This document shows, in pieces, positions 19,404-28,616 of a DNA stretch of 64,000 bases. The notes beneath the pieces are model-generated. The model did no database searches. It had not been told where the DNA came from and was given only the letters and a program-made list of their open reading frames with translations. The stretch is from Clostridia bacterium (GTDB taxonomy: Bacteria > Bacillota > Clostridia > TANB77 > CAG-508). The stretch lies in NCBI GenBank assembly GCA_017456555.1, contig JAFTJF010000003.1, positions 64,404 through 128,403 of the forward strand, in the 5' to 3' direction. The position numbers were made by a program, and so were the translations under genes. Position 1 is the stretch's first letter, and every line of letters begins with the position of its first letter.

Positions 19404-19432
19404 TTGCAATGGATTACTAAATATGCTATAAT
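19404..19432 (+). promoter_or_regulatory. sigma-A promoter TTGCAA-17-TATAAT, divergent from the XRE gene
   Basis: TTGCAA at 19404..19409 and TATAAT at 19427..19432. Candidate operator repeats lie just upstream: GACACTTT at 19375 and 19393, and IR TGTCC-AACAA-GGACA at 19382..19396. Confidence 0.55.
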
Positions 19433-19629
19433 ATATGTATAACTATTAAGTTATGTAGATAGGTTTAAAACCCTACAATATCTATAAGCACTCTTAATTG
19501 CTGATTAATCAAAAGTTAACTGGCAATGCGAGTGCCAGATATTACTGAGTTTTACATTTGAGTCCTCTCTTCTGTAATATTCTTTTGATTAATTATACTT
19601 AATGGAATATTCCCGAGGAGGACAATCAA

Positions 19630-19695
19630 ATGACATTATCTGCGAAAAATTTTCCAGGTTTTCCAGGTTTCCCTGGTTCACCTGTTAAGGCATAA
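19630..19695 (+). CDS. micro-ORF encoding MTLSAKNFPGFPGFPGSPVKA (21 aa)
   Basis: Strong SD GAGGAGG (19615..19621) 8 nt upstream of the ATG. At the DNA level it is three 9-bp repeats, each with a CCWGG core. Below the ORF-track size cut-off. Confidence 0.35.
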   Translation: MTLSAKNFPGFPGFPGSPVKA

Positions 19696-19788
19696 TGAGC
19701 CTATCAATTTTCGGGGGAAAACTTCCCCCATCATATTACTAATTACATTATTGCTATCTCGCAGTAGCCAATAATGATAATTATATAA

Positions 19789-19829
19789 GCCATAAGGTCT
19801 TGTCATTTGAACCTTATGGCACTTTTTTT
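19789..19829 (+). terminator. intrinsic terminator
   Basis: 10-bp stem GCCATAAGGT-N12-ACCTTATGGC followed by TTTTTTT. Confidence 0.8.
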
Positions 19830-20080
19830 ATTTATTAAAAAATTGTCCTTAAAATCCAATAATTTTGAATTTATAAATTTTCACTATTTTTTTATTGTAT
19901 TCTTTCTAAATATTATCTCACTTTTCTGTCTTTTAAAGACAAATGTTGCTTCAAAAGACAAAAATATATTTTATTTTTGTGTCTTATTACGACAGTTATC
20001 TTTTTTGATTTATGTAAACAATCTTGTTATACTATAATTACAATAAGAACCGACACAAATTTATCTTAAAGGAGATTTAA

Positions 20081-20452
20081 GTGATAAGTTCAAATAATAA
20101 AGAAAGAAAAATTTCATATAATCAAAAGCTATTTATCAAAACTTCTTTAAGACAATTAGGAATTAATCCAAAAAATAATGGCTTATTGATATTTCAAGAA
20201 GCCATTACTTATGCATATTCCAAAGATATGATTATTATTAATTTAGAAGAAATATATAGATATATTGCTCAAAAACATGAAAACAAATCTCCTAGAACAA
20301 TAGAAACTATATTAAGATATGCTTTCTATAATTTAAATTCAAAAAAACTTTCAGATAACTATAAGAAAATTTTTGGATTAGAGTTTTGCATTGAATATTT
20401 TAGTATAAAGACTCTAATCGAAGATTTCTTAGATATTTTAAATTCAAAATAA
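20081..20452 (+). CDS. stand-alone Spo0A C-terminal (Spo0A_C)-like DNA-binding protein
   Basis: GTG start behind an AAAGGAGA RBS. LGINPKNNGLLIFQEAITYAY and IYRYIAQKHENKSPRTIETILRYAFYN match the Spo0A_C pattern (GxxxHxKGYxYLReAI, and LYxxIAxKxxTTxxxVERAIRHAI). There is no receiver domain. Confidence 0.55.
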   Translation: MISSNNKERKISYNQKLFIKTSLRQLGINPKNNGLLIFQEAITYAYSKDMIIINLEEIYRYIAQKHENKSPRTIETILRYAFYNLNSKKLSDNYKKIFGLEFCIEYFSIKTLIEDFLDILNSK

Positions 20453-20484
20453 AAAGCAGACTTCATGTGTCTGCTTTTTATTTT
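20451..20484. terminator. bidirectional terminator closing the EPS operon and the Spo0A_C-like gene
   Basis: AAGCAGAC-TTCATGT-GTCTGCTT flanked by A and T runs. Confidence 0.75.
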
Positions 20485-21539
20485 TATAAATTTATTTTCA
20501 ACATAATTTTATTTAATATTTCCTCTATTTTATTGTACTTAATTTTATCAAAGATGACATCTATAAATATGTCTATAATAACAGATGTTACAAATATAAT
20601 AATTACTGATGTTATCATATTTATAATCATAAATGCATTATTACTCATTTCTTTACATTTTAATATATTCCATAATACATCTCTAACCAAAGGATTATCA
20701 TGTAATATATACACATATAGTAAATGTGGAGTAATAATTTTAATCATCTTATTAAGATTATTATTATTTATTTTTATATCTTTAAATATTAAAAGATGGA
20801 TAACTGCTAACCCAAATAAAAATGAAGATGTTATAGCTGTAAAATGATATATTCCTGCTTTTAAAGCATTTATTTTCATACTAAAATAATAGATACTTAA
20901 AGTTAAAACAAAAATTATTATAACAAATATTAATGCAATTATTTTATAATACTTTTTATACTTATTCTCTTCATTCAATCTAATATATGCCCCAACAATA
21001 TATACATAAATAAACCATATTACATCGCTATACCATGGATCAAAAGATGTAAAAGTAGGAATAACTGAAAGAAGTATAAAACCATATATAATAATTCTTC
21101 TTAATATTTTAGATTCGACATTATTTATTAAATAATTTAAAATTGGAGATATTAAATATAATCCTACATATGCAGTAAAAAACCAATATAACCCACTAAT
21201 CAAAGGTATTACAGAACAAATCCAATTTTTTAAAGTAACTTCACCTATATTAAAACTTTTAAATATTACACATATCAATACTGAATAAAATATAACTTTC
21301 AAATCCATCTTTATTATTTTTGAAAATTTTAATTTATTTTCTTTATAGAAATAACCTGATATTAATACAAATATATTAGCACCTAGCTTTCCACATATAC
21401 TTATTAATAGAGCTAACCAAATATTTCCTGTCACTGTCGAATTTTCTACAATATTTCCATGATATACATAGTGCGACAATATTATAAAAATTATTGATAT
21501 AATTCTTAATAAATCAATATTATACTTTCTTTTTTCCAT
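20484..21539 (-). CDS. acyltransferase family 3 (polysaccharide O-acetyltransferase)
   Basis: About 10 TM segments. N-terminus NIDLLRIISIIFIILSHY is typical of Acyl_transf_3. Confidence 0.8.
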   Translation of the reverse strand: MEKRKYNIDLLRIISIIFIILSHYVYHGNIVENSTVTGNIWLALLISICGKLGANIFVLISGYFYKENKLKFSKIIKMDLKVIFYSVLICVIFKSFNIGEVTLKNWICSVIPLISGLYWFFTAYVGLYLISPILNYLINNVESKILRRIIIYGFILLSVIPTFTSFDPWYSDVIWFIYVYIVGAYIRLNEENKYKKYYKIIALIFVIIIFVLTLSIYYFSMKINALKAGIYHFTAITSSFLFGLAVIHLLIFKDIKINNNNLNKMIKIITPHLLYVYILHDNPLVRDVLWNILKCKEMSNNAFMIINMITSVIIIFVTSVIIDIFIDVIFDKIKYNKIEEILNKIMLKINL

Positions 21540-23058
21540 AAAATATCCCTTCTATTTTTTGCTTAAATAAATTTACAAAATATTTGAAAGATTCATTTTT
21601 TATAGAATATATTATCATTAAAGTAGTGGTTACAATTAATGAGCAAATTACCTTTATACAAAATTCAAATATTTCTGAATTAATTGAAATTGCTGTAACA
21701 AGGTAATAATTAATAATAATTATTACAAATAAATATATAAATCTTACTATAAATCGTTTATAATAGTTTTTTACTTTCATTCTAAAACCATATTTATATA
21801 GTACTAATGGTTCTATCCACGAACTAGATAATAATGAACTTAATATTGTTCCCATAAATATTCCGTCAATTCCAAATTTCATTGCAAAAACAATAGATAA
21901 TACAATATTCAAAAATGCTTCTATCAAAGATTTATATCTATCAACATAAAATAACCCCATAGAATCTCTAAAAGCCAATACTGACTTTCTCATTCCATTA
22001 ATATAAAAACTTATAGATATAATTATTACAGTACTAATCGAAAGCAAATATTTTTCACCAATCCATAATTTTATAAATGGATTAAATAGTGCAATTAAAC
22101 AACTTGTTGATATTGCATAAATAAAATATGTAAAAAAATCTATTTTTAAAAAAATATTTTCTTGTTTATTATTATCCTCTTTACTTGCACACAAATTTCC
22201 TATACTTGCCGTTATTGCATTATATATTTGAGTTATTACAGTCGTTAAAGCACTAATTATCATATTATAATTAGAATATATTCCAACTAAGGTTATGTTT
22301 ATAAATTTTGATATTAATAAATTATCAGTAGAACTCACAACAACCCATCCAATTTTATGTAGCATCATCGCTTTTGCATTTTTGAAAATTTCTTTTTTTT
22401 CATTCTTTTCTAATTGTAATTTCTTATTATTAATATATGGATAATCTTTTCTAGCCTTCCTTGAAATCAAGTAATTCTCAACAATAGTAAATATAATTTG
22501 CAATATCAAAAACAATATGTAATTTTTTGAAACAATTATTACAATAGCCTGTGTTATATATAATAATACATATCCAACATATCTATATAATGCATCAATA
22601 TATTTATCTTGATTTGCAATAATCAATGTTCTATCATATGAAAAAAAGTATGATATGCTTGTGTTAAGTACAAAAAGAATATAAATAAGATAAATATTAT
22701 CATAATCTTTGATATTATCTATAAATAAACTTAAAAAAGGTATTATAAGCATACCTAAACAGAAAATAACCCATCCGATTATTATATAAATTTTTTTAAA
22801 AAAATTCATAATTTGAGTTATTTTAGTCTCATCTTTTTCATATATTGGTTTATATAAGTAATATGTTATAGAAGTTCCAACACCCAATTCTGCTAGTGAT
22901 AGAATTGATAATATATTAGTAAATAAACTGTTTATTCCTAATAAGTCTTGTGATAAAAACTTTATAAAAATAGTTCTTTGAATAAAACTTGCAAATAAGG
23001 TAACAACTTGACCAATAATAGAATATTTAACATTTCTTAAAGATTTTTCTGTCCTCAC
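21520..23058 (-). CDS. wzx: Wzx-type oligosaccharide flippase (MOP superfamily)
   Basis: Polytopic protein. N-terminus SLRNVKYSIIGQVVTLFASFIQRTIFIKFL..LGINSLFTNILSILSLAELGVG is typical of polysaccharide biosynthesis flippases. Confidence 0.8.
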   Translation of the reverse strand: MRTEKSLRNVKYSIIGQVVTLFASFIQRTIFIKFLSQDLLGINSLFTNILSILSLAELGVGTSITYYLYKPIYEKDETKITQIMNFFKKIYIIIGWVIFCLGMLIIPFLSLFIDNIKDYDNIYLIYILFVLNTSISYFFSYDRTLIIANQDKYIDALYRYVGYVLLYITQAIVIIVSKNYILFLILQIIFTIVENYLISRKARKDYPYINNKKLQLEKNEKKEIFKNAKAMMLHKIGWVVVSSTDNLLISKFINITLVGIYSNYNMIISALTTVITQIYNAITASIGNLCASKEDNNKQENIFLKIDFFTYFIYAISTSCLIALFNPFIKLWIGEKYLLSISTVIIISISFYINGMRKSVLAFRDSMGLFYVDRYKSLIEAFLNIVLSIVFAMKFGIDGIFMGTILSSLLSSSWIEPLVLYKYGFRMKVKNYYKRFIVRFIYLFVIIIINYYLVTAISINSEIFEFCIKVICSLIVTTTLMIIYSIKNESFKYFVNLFKQKIEGIFYGKKKV

Positions 23059-23068
23059 AAGATTTTCC

Positions 23069-24079
23069 TCACTTCATTTTTATATTTCTTTTATATTTAA
23101 TTTTTATATATATTTTCTTTAATATTCTATATACTTTTTCTTGTATAGCATTATTTTTTATTTTATTGATTAATATATTTCTCTTTTTTAATTTCCATTC
23201 TGAATATTCACAATCCATTGTGTATTCTTTTATCTTTTTTGTATCTAATGTTATTTCATCAATAAATTTGTTAGGCACTATATAAAAAGAAGTGTAAGTA
23301 TTTGAAATCTCCATTTCCATACTTCTTTTTTGCAAATGAACATACATCACTTCTTTTTCTGAAATTTTATTATTTTCGTCTATAAATAATTCTATCAATT
23401 TTCCATTTTCATATTTAAATATTGAGTTTCTATTTTCACCATTTACATTTTTAAAAGCAAATTTGGTATAATCCACATCAAAATATTCATTTATATTTTG
23501 AGCTCTTATATCTGATTCATTCTCTGCAATTGTACTTACACCATGATCTTCATCAAAATGACAGCATAACTTTATTTTAAAAACTCTTTTATAATTATAC
23601 AAAGTAGAATGATTATCTATTCTAAATAAAGTATTCATTCTCATATTATTTCGATAAATTTGAAAATGACCATATTTATTAATTTTATCACTATTATTTA
23701 GAACTTCTTTTGTAATATAATTACTTAAATTCCCTAAAATTAAATCAATGTCAACATAGCCCCAAAATTCATAATCCTTTATATAATCTTGTAAAGCTAA
23801 ACCAAAAACAGCTTTATAATCACACAATTTATACGCATTTGGCAAACATATTTTAAATTCAAAAACATTTTGAAATATTTCTTTTAACTCTTCGAATTTA
23901 ATATTAATAAATTTAATATTATCATATTTTTTATTAATTACATTATCTGTAAAAATTAAGAAGTCAAAATCTGGATTTTTTAAAGCAGACTCTATCCACA
24001 AATCAAAATAATTGGGAAATTTTCCAAAATAGCAATTTATCAAAACAACTCTATTCATTCTTACACTCTTCCTTTTCAA
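23069..24079 (-). CDS. EPS-cluster protein, putative glycosyltransferase (DUF6625-like)
   Basis: VVLINCYFGKFPNYFDLWIESALKNPDFDFLIFTDN resembles the DUF6625 N-terminus found in capsule loci. Soluble protein. Confidence 0.45.
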   Translation of the reverse strand: MKRKSVRMNRVVLINCYFGKFPNYFDLWIESALKNPDFDFLIFTDNVINKKYDNIKFINIKFEELKEIFQNVFEFKICLPNAYKLCDYKAVFGLALQDYIKDYEFWGYVDIDLILGNLSNYITKEVLNNSDKINKYGHFQIYRNNMRMNTLFRIDNHSTLYNYKRVFKIKLCCHFDEDHGVSTIAENESDIRAQNINEYFDVDYTKFAFKNVNGENRNSIFKYENGKLIELFIDENNKISEKEVMYVHLQKRSMEMEISNTYTSFYIVPNKFIDEITLDTKKIKEYTMDCEYSEWKLKKRNILINKIKNNAIQEKVYRILKKIYIKIKYKRNIKMK

Positions 24080-25229
24080 ACTTATAATAATAATAAAATA
24101 TAGCTAAAAAAGCATATAAAGTTGGATAATATGCATATATTTCTGATATCATCATAACAACATAACTAAACAAAAATGATATCATTATTCTATATTCTTT
24201 ATTTACTTCTTTTATTTTTGGGATAGCTGAATATAACAATATAACAAATATAATTAAATTAACGATTCCACCTTCATATAAAATTTGAATAAATTGATTA
24301 TGTCCTTGCCAATACTCGCCTCTCCAATATACAAAATTACCATCATTTTTATAACCGTGTCCAAAGAATAAATTATCATCAATATAATCATATGATAAAT
24401 CCCATATTTCTGTTCTTCCTGTTAAAGATACACTTTTATGTAACACTTCTTCAATAAATATTGAAAATAAATTTTGAACTCTAAAAAAAGTAATTGACAC
24501 TACTATAATAAAAGCTAATGTTAAAAATATTCGAGGATTTATTTTCTTAAAATATTTACTAATAAAATAGTACATTAAAACTACAATTATTATTCCAACA
24601 ATTGCTGTTGAAATCCATGCTTTAAACATTGTAATTAAAGATATAATTATACAAAAAATATTAAATTTTTTATCTTTATCCATATCCCATCTAATCATTG
24701 AAATAAAAATTAATAAAAATAAATAATCTGTAAATCGCGTTCTAATCCCTAAAAAATGTAATCCCCAAAATTCATTTAAAATACCATCTGGATATTTTAA
24801 ATATAAAACTAAATTTATAGATAGATAAGTTATTAATATGTTTTGAAGTGATTTTAATGTTCTATCTCTATTTCTTTCAAATCCCAATTCTATCATCATA
24901 AAAACAGTTATGTGATTAAGAGATTGATAACCCCATTTTATAATATCACCATCATTTATTATTGTAGGAATTAACAGAGACATTCTGTAAAAAAACATTA
25001 TTACTATTAATTTTGATACTTTTTTATTTTTTATGATAAAGGAATACAAAGCATATAAAAAAGTAACACAAATACCAAAAATAAATAAATAATTTAACTT
25101 AGGTATTTTTACAAAAATTGTAGGTTCAAATAAAAATATTAGTAAGACAAACCAAACTTTCTCACTTATTTCACTATGAATTTTTTTACCCTTTTTTAGA
25201 ACTAAACTTCTCATAATAGTATTCTTCAT
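24051..25229 (-). CDS. wzy: Wzy-type O-antigen/EPS polymerase (O-antigen ligase-like)
   Basis: 10 or more TM segments with a large loop. GRTEIWDLSYDYIDDNLFFGHGY is typical of the Wzy_C region. Confidence 0.65.
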   Translation of the reverse strand: MKNTIMRSLVLKKGKKIHSEISEKVWFVLLIFLFEPTIFVKIPKLNYLFIFGICVTFLYALYSFIIKNKKVSKLIVIMFFYRMSLLIPTIINDGDIIKWGYQSLNHITVFMMIELGFERNRDRTLKSLQNILITYLSINLVLYLKYPDGILNEFWGLHFLGIRTRFTDYLFLLIFISMIRWDMDKDKKFNIFCIIISLITMFKAWISTAIVGIIIVVLMYYFISKYFKKINPRIFLTLAFIIVVSITFFRVQNLFSIFIEEVLHKSVSLTGRTEIWDLSYDYIDDNLFFGHGYKNDGNFVYWRGEYWQGHNQFIQILYEGGIVNLIIFVILLYSAIPKIKEVNKEYRIMISFLFSYVVMMISEIYAYYPTLYAFLAIFYYYYKFEKEECKNE

Positions 25230-26298
25230 ATCTCCTTTGTAGTTGTTTCGTTAATTTTTCAATATTAAAAATAGAATTATCAAAATCTTTCAAATCTCTT
25301 TTATAATGTATATTTTCTATAATACTGTTTTTCCAAGCTTCTTCGGATAATTTTATAAATTCTGATTTTTTCGATATATCTACTTCTCTCGTTATATTGT
25401 CTGAAAATAAACATTTTAATCCATTTGCCTGAGCCTCTATTCCAGTAACAGGTAACCCTTCAAAAAGCGATGGCATTATTAAAATATCCATAGCTTGATA
25501 TATACGATTTACATCTTCTCTTATTCCTAAAAAAATAATTTTATTATTTATATTTAAATCACATGCTAATTTATTAATTTCTTCTTTTGTTTCTCCATCT
25601 CCAATTAATAACAATTTCAAATTTTCATTTTCTCTTAATAATTTTTCCATTAAATTTATTATAAATTTGTGATTTTTTTGCAAATTAAATCTTCCAACAT
25701 GTCCTATAACAAATGTTTCTTCATTAATATCTAATTCTTTTCTAACAGTTTCTCTTATTTTAGGATTATATTCAAATTTTTTGAAATCAATAGCATTTGG
25801 AATAACATCAAAAGACTTCTTTTTATATAAATACTTCCCCGCTTCATTTGAACATGCCCATCGCACATTAGCATGTTTATCAGCAAATCTAAATAAAATG
25901 TACTTTGCAATACCTTTTACCGTTTTTAAAAATGATGTTCCATGACTATGTATAATCCTATATTTTACCCCATTTTTTTTTGCAATCCATAAATATATAA
26001 ATGCTAAACTTGCCATATGTCCATGAACAACTTTATATTCTGTATGTTCTTTAAAAAATTTATCTAATTCTTTTATATATCTTATAACATTTTTATTTTC
26101 CATTACTGGAAATCTATATATTTTTCCACCTAATCGTTCAATCTCTTCATCAAAAAAACATTTTTTATTATAATGGACTAAAAAATCAAATTGTATCTTA
26201 TTCTTATCAATATTTCTATATATGTTCATTATAAAATTTTCAATTCCACCTTGTTGCATATTTGGAACTATTTGCAATATTCTAATTTCATTTCCCAT
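25186..26298 (-). CDS. glycosyltransferase family 4 (GT-B)
   Basis: GRFNLQKNHKFII..MPSLFEGLPVTGIEAQANGLKCLFSD matches the E-x7-E GT4 signature. Confidence 0.85.
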   Translation of the reverse strand: MGNEIRILQIVPNMQQGGIENFIMNIYRNIDKNKIQFDFLVHYNKKCFFDEEIERLGGKIYRFPVMENKNVIRYIKELDKFFKEHTEYKVVHGHMASLAFIYLWIAKKNGVKYRIIHSHGTSFLKTVKGIAKYILFRFADKHANVRWACSNEAGKYLYKKKSFDVIPNAIDFKKFEYNPKIRETVRKELDINEETFVIGHVGRFNLQKNHKFIINLMEKLLRENENLKLLLIGDGETKEEINKLACDLNINNKIIFLGIREDVNRIYQAMDILIMPSLFEGLPVTGIEAQANGLKCLFSDNITREVDISKKSEFIKLSEEAWKNSIIENIHYKRDLKDFDNSIFNIEKLTKQLQRRYEEYYYEKFSSKKG

Positions 26299-26308
26299 TA
26301 GTTATCCT

Positions 26309-27487
26309 CTATTTTAATATTTTTTTTATTTTATTTTTAATCTTTATAGGAATAATTGTTTTTATAAAATTTTTAACCTTATTTTTTATTATTAAATTCT
26401 TTTTTACAAATTTCTTAGGTGATAAAGTGTCAATTCCATAATAAATATTATTACGAGTAATTTTTCGTTCTGTTGGTCTCTCTAAATTCTTATTTTTCTT
26501 CAAAATATCATCTAAAAGAACTTCTTTAAATTCAATATCATTAACAAGTTCTAAAAAAAGTTTTCTTCCCTTTTCTGAATTAATTAAAACTGCTGAAACA
26601 CCATTATCATCATAAAAATTACTATCTATTAATTCTATTCCCCAAAAATCCCCAAGAGTAATATCAGAAACTCTTTCTTTTTTGGCAAATTTACAATCAT
26701 AGCAAGACTCCCTATAAGTATTTCCTTTCAAAAAATTATAATAATATGGGTCACTATTTGCATTTATATATACATTTTTATTATTATTCGTAAGAATTTT
26801 TGCACAAAAATTCCCCCAAACTTTCTTTTCTTTATTTCTAAAATCATAATATATAATGCTTTGGCGAATTTTTTCTTCTAAATATTTTATATATTTTAAG
26901 AATAGTTTTTGACTAGGAACTCCATGACAAATAAAATCTATCGTATATAGGTTATCAAAATCTTTTTTTAAAAAGGATTTTAATCCTGCAATTTGACATG
27001 GTGTTCCTATATATATTACCTTTTTATCTTTAAGCAATTCATTTTTTACATCAACAAAAGTTTCTTTTGTATCACTAAATATATATTTTGATCCTCTTAT
27101 TTCATCTAAACCTTCTAAATTTGTTACTTCTATTTGATTAACAGTCATATCTTTATTTAATTTTGAACCAAATACACATCCATTTTTTTCTATTATTTTT
27201 TTAGAAAAAAGATATGCAATTCCCGCTGATGTACTTTTTCTAGCACATTCTTCATCTTTATTTTTAATAGCATAAGTTTTTAATGGTTTTTCTTTTTTTA
27301 CTTCATTTAATAACGGACATACTTTCTTACAAATTCCACATTTTACGCATTTATCATCTAAAACTATTGGATATATGAAACCTTCTTCATCTTCTTGCAT
27401 TATAATCGCTTTTTGTGGACAAATTTTTTCACAAGCTCTACATCCAACACAATCTTTTTTTTCTTTAATTTGTATATAATCTTCCAT
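26309..27487 (-). CDS. coenzyme F420 hydrogenase/dehydrogenase beta-subunit-like Fe-S protein (pyruvyl-transferase partner)
   Basis: Two 4Fe-4S ferredoxin motifs (CVGCRACEKICP and CVKCGICKKVCP) followed by an FrhB-like body. This type is commonly paired with polysaccharide pyruvyl transferases. Confidence 0.75.
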   Translation of the reverse strand: MEDYIQIKEKKDCVGCRACEKICPQKAIIMQEDEEGFIYPIVLDDKCVKCGICKKVCPLLNEVKKEKPLKTYAIKNKDEECARKSTSAGIAYLFSKKIIEKNGCVFGSKLNKDMTVNQIEVTNLEGLDEIRGSKYIFSDTKETFVDVKNELLKDKKVIYIGTPCQIAGLKSFLKKDFDNLYTIDFICHGVPSQKLFLKYIKYLEEKIRQSIIYYDFRNKEKKVWGNFCAKILTNNNKNVYINANSDPYYYNFLKGNTYRESCYDCKFAKKERVSDITLGDFWGIELIDSNFYDDNGVSAVLINSEKGRKLFLELVNDIEFKEVLLDDILKKNKNLERPTERKITRNNIYYGIDTLSPKKFVKKNLIIKNKVKNFIKTIIPIKIKNKIKKILK

Positions 27488-27502
27488 AAGACTCCTTTAC
27501 TA

Positions 27503-28615
27503 TTATAAAGCACTATCTATATACTTATTAGCAATTATTCTTTGCTCTTTTAAAATATCATTCGCAACAGAAAAATCTATTCTTTTATTGCACAAAGATA
27601 TATCTTCATAATTATCAACAATTCTATCTTCTAATTTTGTTATTTCTAATATACTTCTAACTCTTGTACTATATTTTTCTGGAAATACAATCATAAATTC
27701 TGTGTTAAAATTAATAGAGAAAGCAGTTGCATGAAAAGAATCAGTAACAACATATTGAGCATATTTTAATAATGATAAAAAATCTTCTACTTTAACATTG
27801 CATTTCATTTTTCCTTTTTTATAAAATTCATGTAATGCATAAGACACATAATATATCTCTAAATTTTTTTCTTTTGCTAATTTTTCTACATATTTATCAA
27901 TCTTTTTGTTTCTATTTAAATTATATACAAAAATAAACTTTTTATCTTTGTATCGTTCAGAAGCCAATTCACTCCACTCTTTTCCTGTTAATAAAAGAGT
28001 CGGATCAACTACATTTATAGCACCTTTAATCCCCAAATCTTCAACAATCTCAACTCCCGAAATTTCTCTCAAAGATAGTTTATTATATTTTTTTAAAAGT
28101 CTCTTAGTTTCGTCTTTTTCCCAATTCTCTAATTTACTTTTCCCAAAACTTGCAGCATAAGAAAAACATTTTTTTCCATTTGTATCAAAATCTAAAAAGA
28201 ATGGTGAATCTATTTTTTCATTCCAACCAGTATTCCATACTTGGTCACTTCCAGTGCAATAATAATCTGCAATTGGTGGATTATTTTTCAAATCATCTTC
28301 ATTCTTATATATAACATTAGATAAATTAAGGTTTTTATTAATAAATTTTTTAAATGTATGAAATCTTTGAATATATGATGGAATCATTATTACTCTCGCA
28401 ATATTTCTTAAAATAATATTCTTTTTAAACTTTTGACTTTTATTTTTTATTCTTTTTAACATTCCTAACATATGCATTCTTTCAGGATAATAATCTATAA
28501 ACTCAACATCTAAATTTTTATTTTCAAAAACCTTTTGAGTCGCATATGCTTGAAGAACTGAACCATAATTTACGATTCTATGTAATGTAATTATATTAAT
28601 TTTTTTCTTTTCCAT
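27503..28615 (-). CDS. polysaccharide pyruvyl transferase
   Basis: INIITLHRIVNYGSVLQAYATQKVFE N-terminus and ..VVTDSFHATAFSINF motif are typical of PS_pyruv_trans. Confidence 0.8.
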   Translation of the reverse strand: MEKKKINIITLHRIVNYGSVLQAYATQKVFENKNLDVEFIDYYPERMHMLGMLKRIKNKSQKFKKNIILRNIARVIMIPSYIQRFHTFKKFINKNLNLSNVIYKNEDDLKNNPPIADYYCTGSDQVWNTGWNEKIDSPFFLDFDTNGKKCFSYAASFGKSKLENWEKDETKRLLKKYNKLSLREISGVEIVEDLGIKGAINVVDPTLLLTGKEWSELASERYKDKKFIFVYNLNRNKKIDKYVEKLAKEKNLEIYYVSYALHEFYKKGKMKCNVKVEDFLSLLKYAQYVVTDSFHATAFSINFNTEFMIVFPEKYSTRVRSILEITKLEDRIVDNYEDISLCNKRIDFSVANDILKEQRIIANKYIDSAL

Positions 28616-28616
28616 A

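Larger units (their letters stand above)
19440..19829 (+). ncRNA. about 390-nt structured, GC-enriched transcript (promoter to terminator) containing a 21-codon micro-ORF
   Basis: A 12-bp long-range helix pairs ATTAATCAAAAG (19504..19515) with CTTTTGATTAAT (19582..19593). It encloses the hairpin CTGGCA-N7-TGCCAG. Downstream hairpins are GGGGGAA-AAC-TTCCCCC and ATTATTGCTA..TAGCCAATAAT. The transcript ends at the terminator at 19789..19829. Confidence 0.4.

Noticed and set aside
19651-19686. Tandem 9-bp repeats TTTCCAGGT/TTTCCAGGT/TTCCCTGGT, considered as a mini CRISPR or satellite array
   Set aside because: There are only three units, without spacers. They are in frame with a strong SD/ATG and encode FPG-FPG-FPG. 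They are treated as part of the micro-ORF finding rather than as a repeat array.
19807-20037. 76-aa plus-strand ORF between the terminator at 19829 and the Spo0A_C-like gene
   Set aside because: It starts inside a terminator, has no RBS, and its sequence is low-complexity and Phe/Leu/Ile-rich. The region more plausibly holds the promoter and operator of the gene at 20081.
20055-20067. 13-nt exact match ACAAATTTATCTT with 11435..11447 (inside the attL arm region), considered as an internal island boundary separating the mobilizable module from the EPS module
   Set aside because: No tRNA-3'-end-like core or second recombinase junction follows it. At 20.06 kb it overlaps the RBS region of the Spo0A_C-like gene. 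It could be a shared protein-binding motif or chance in AT-rich DNA, so it is not enough to call a boundary.
20467-20847. 126-aa plus-strand ORF overlapping the acyltransferase gene
   Set aside because: It is an antisense shadow of the acyltransferase-3 gene, which has a convincing family signature.
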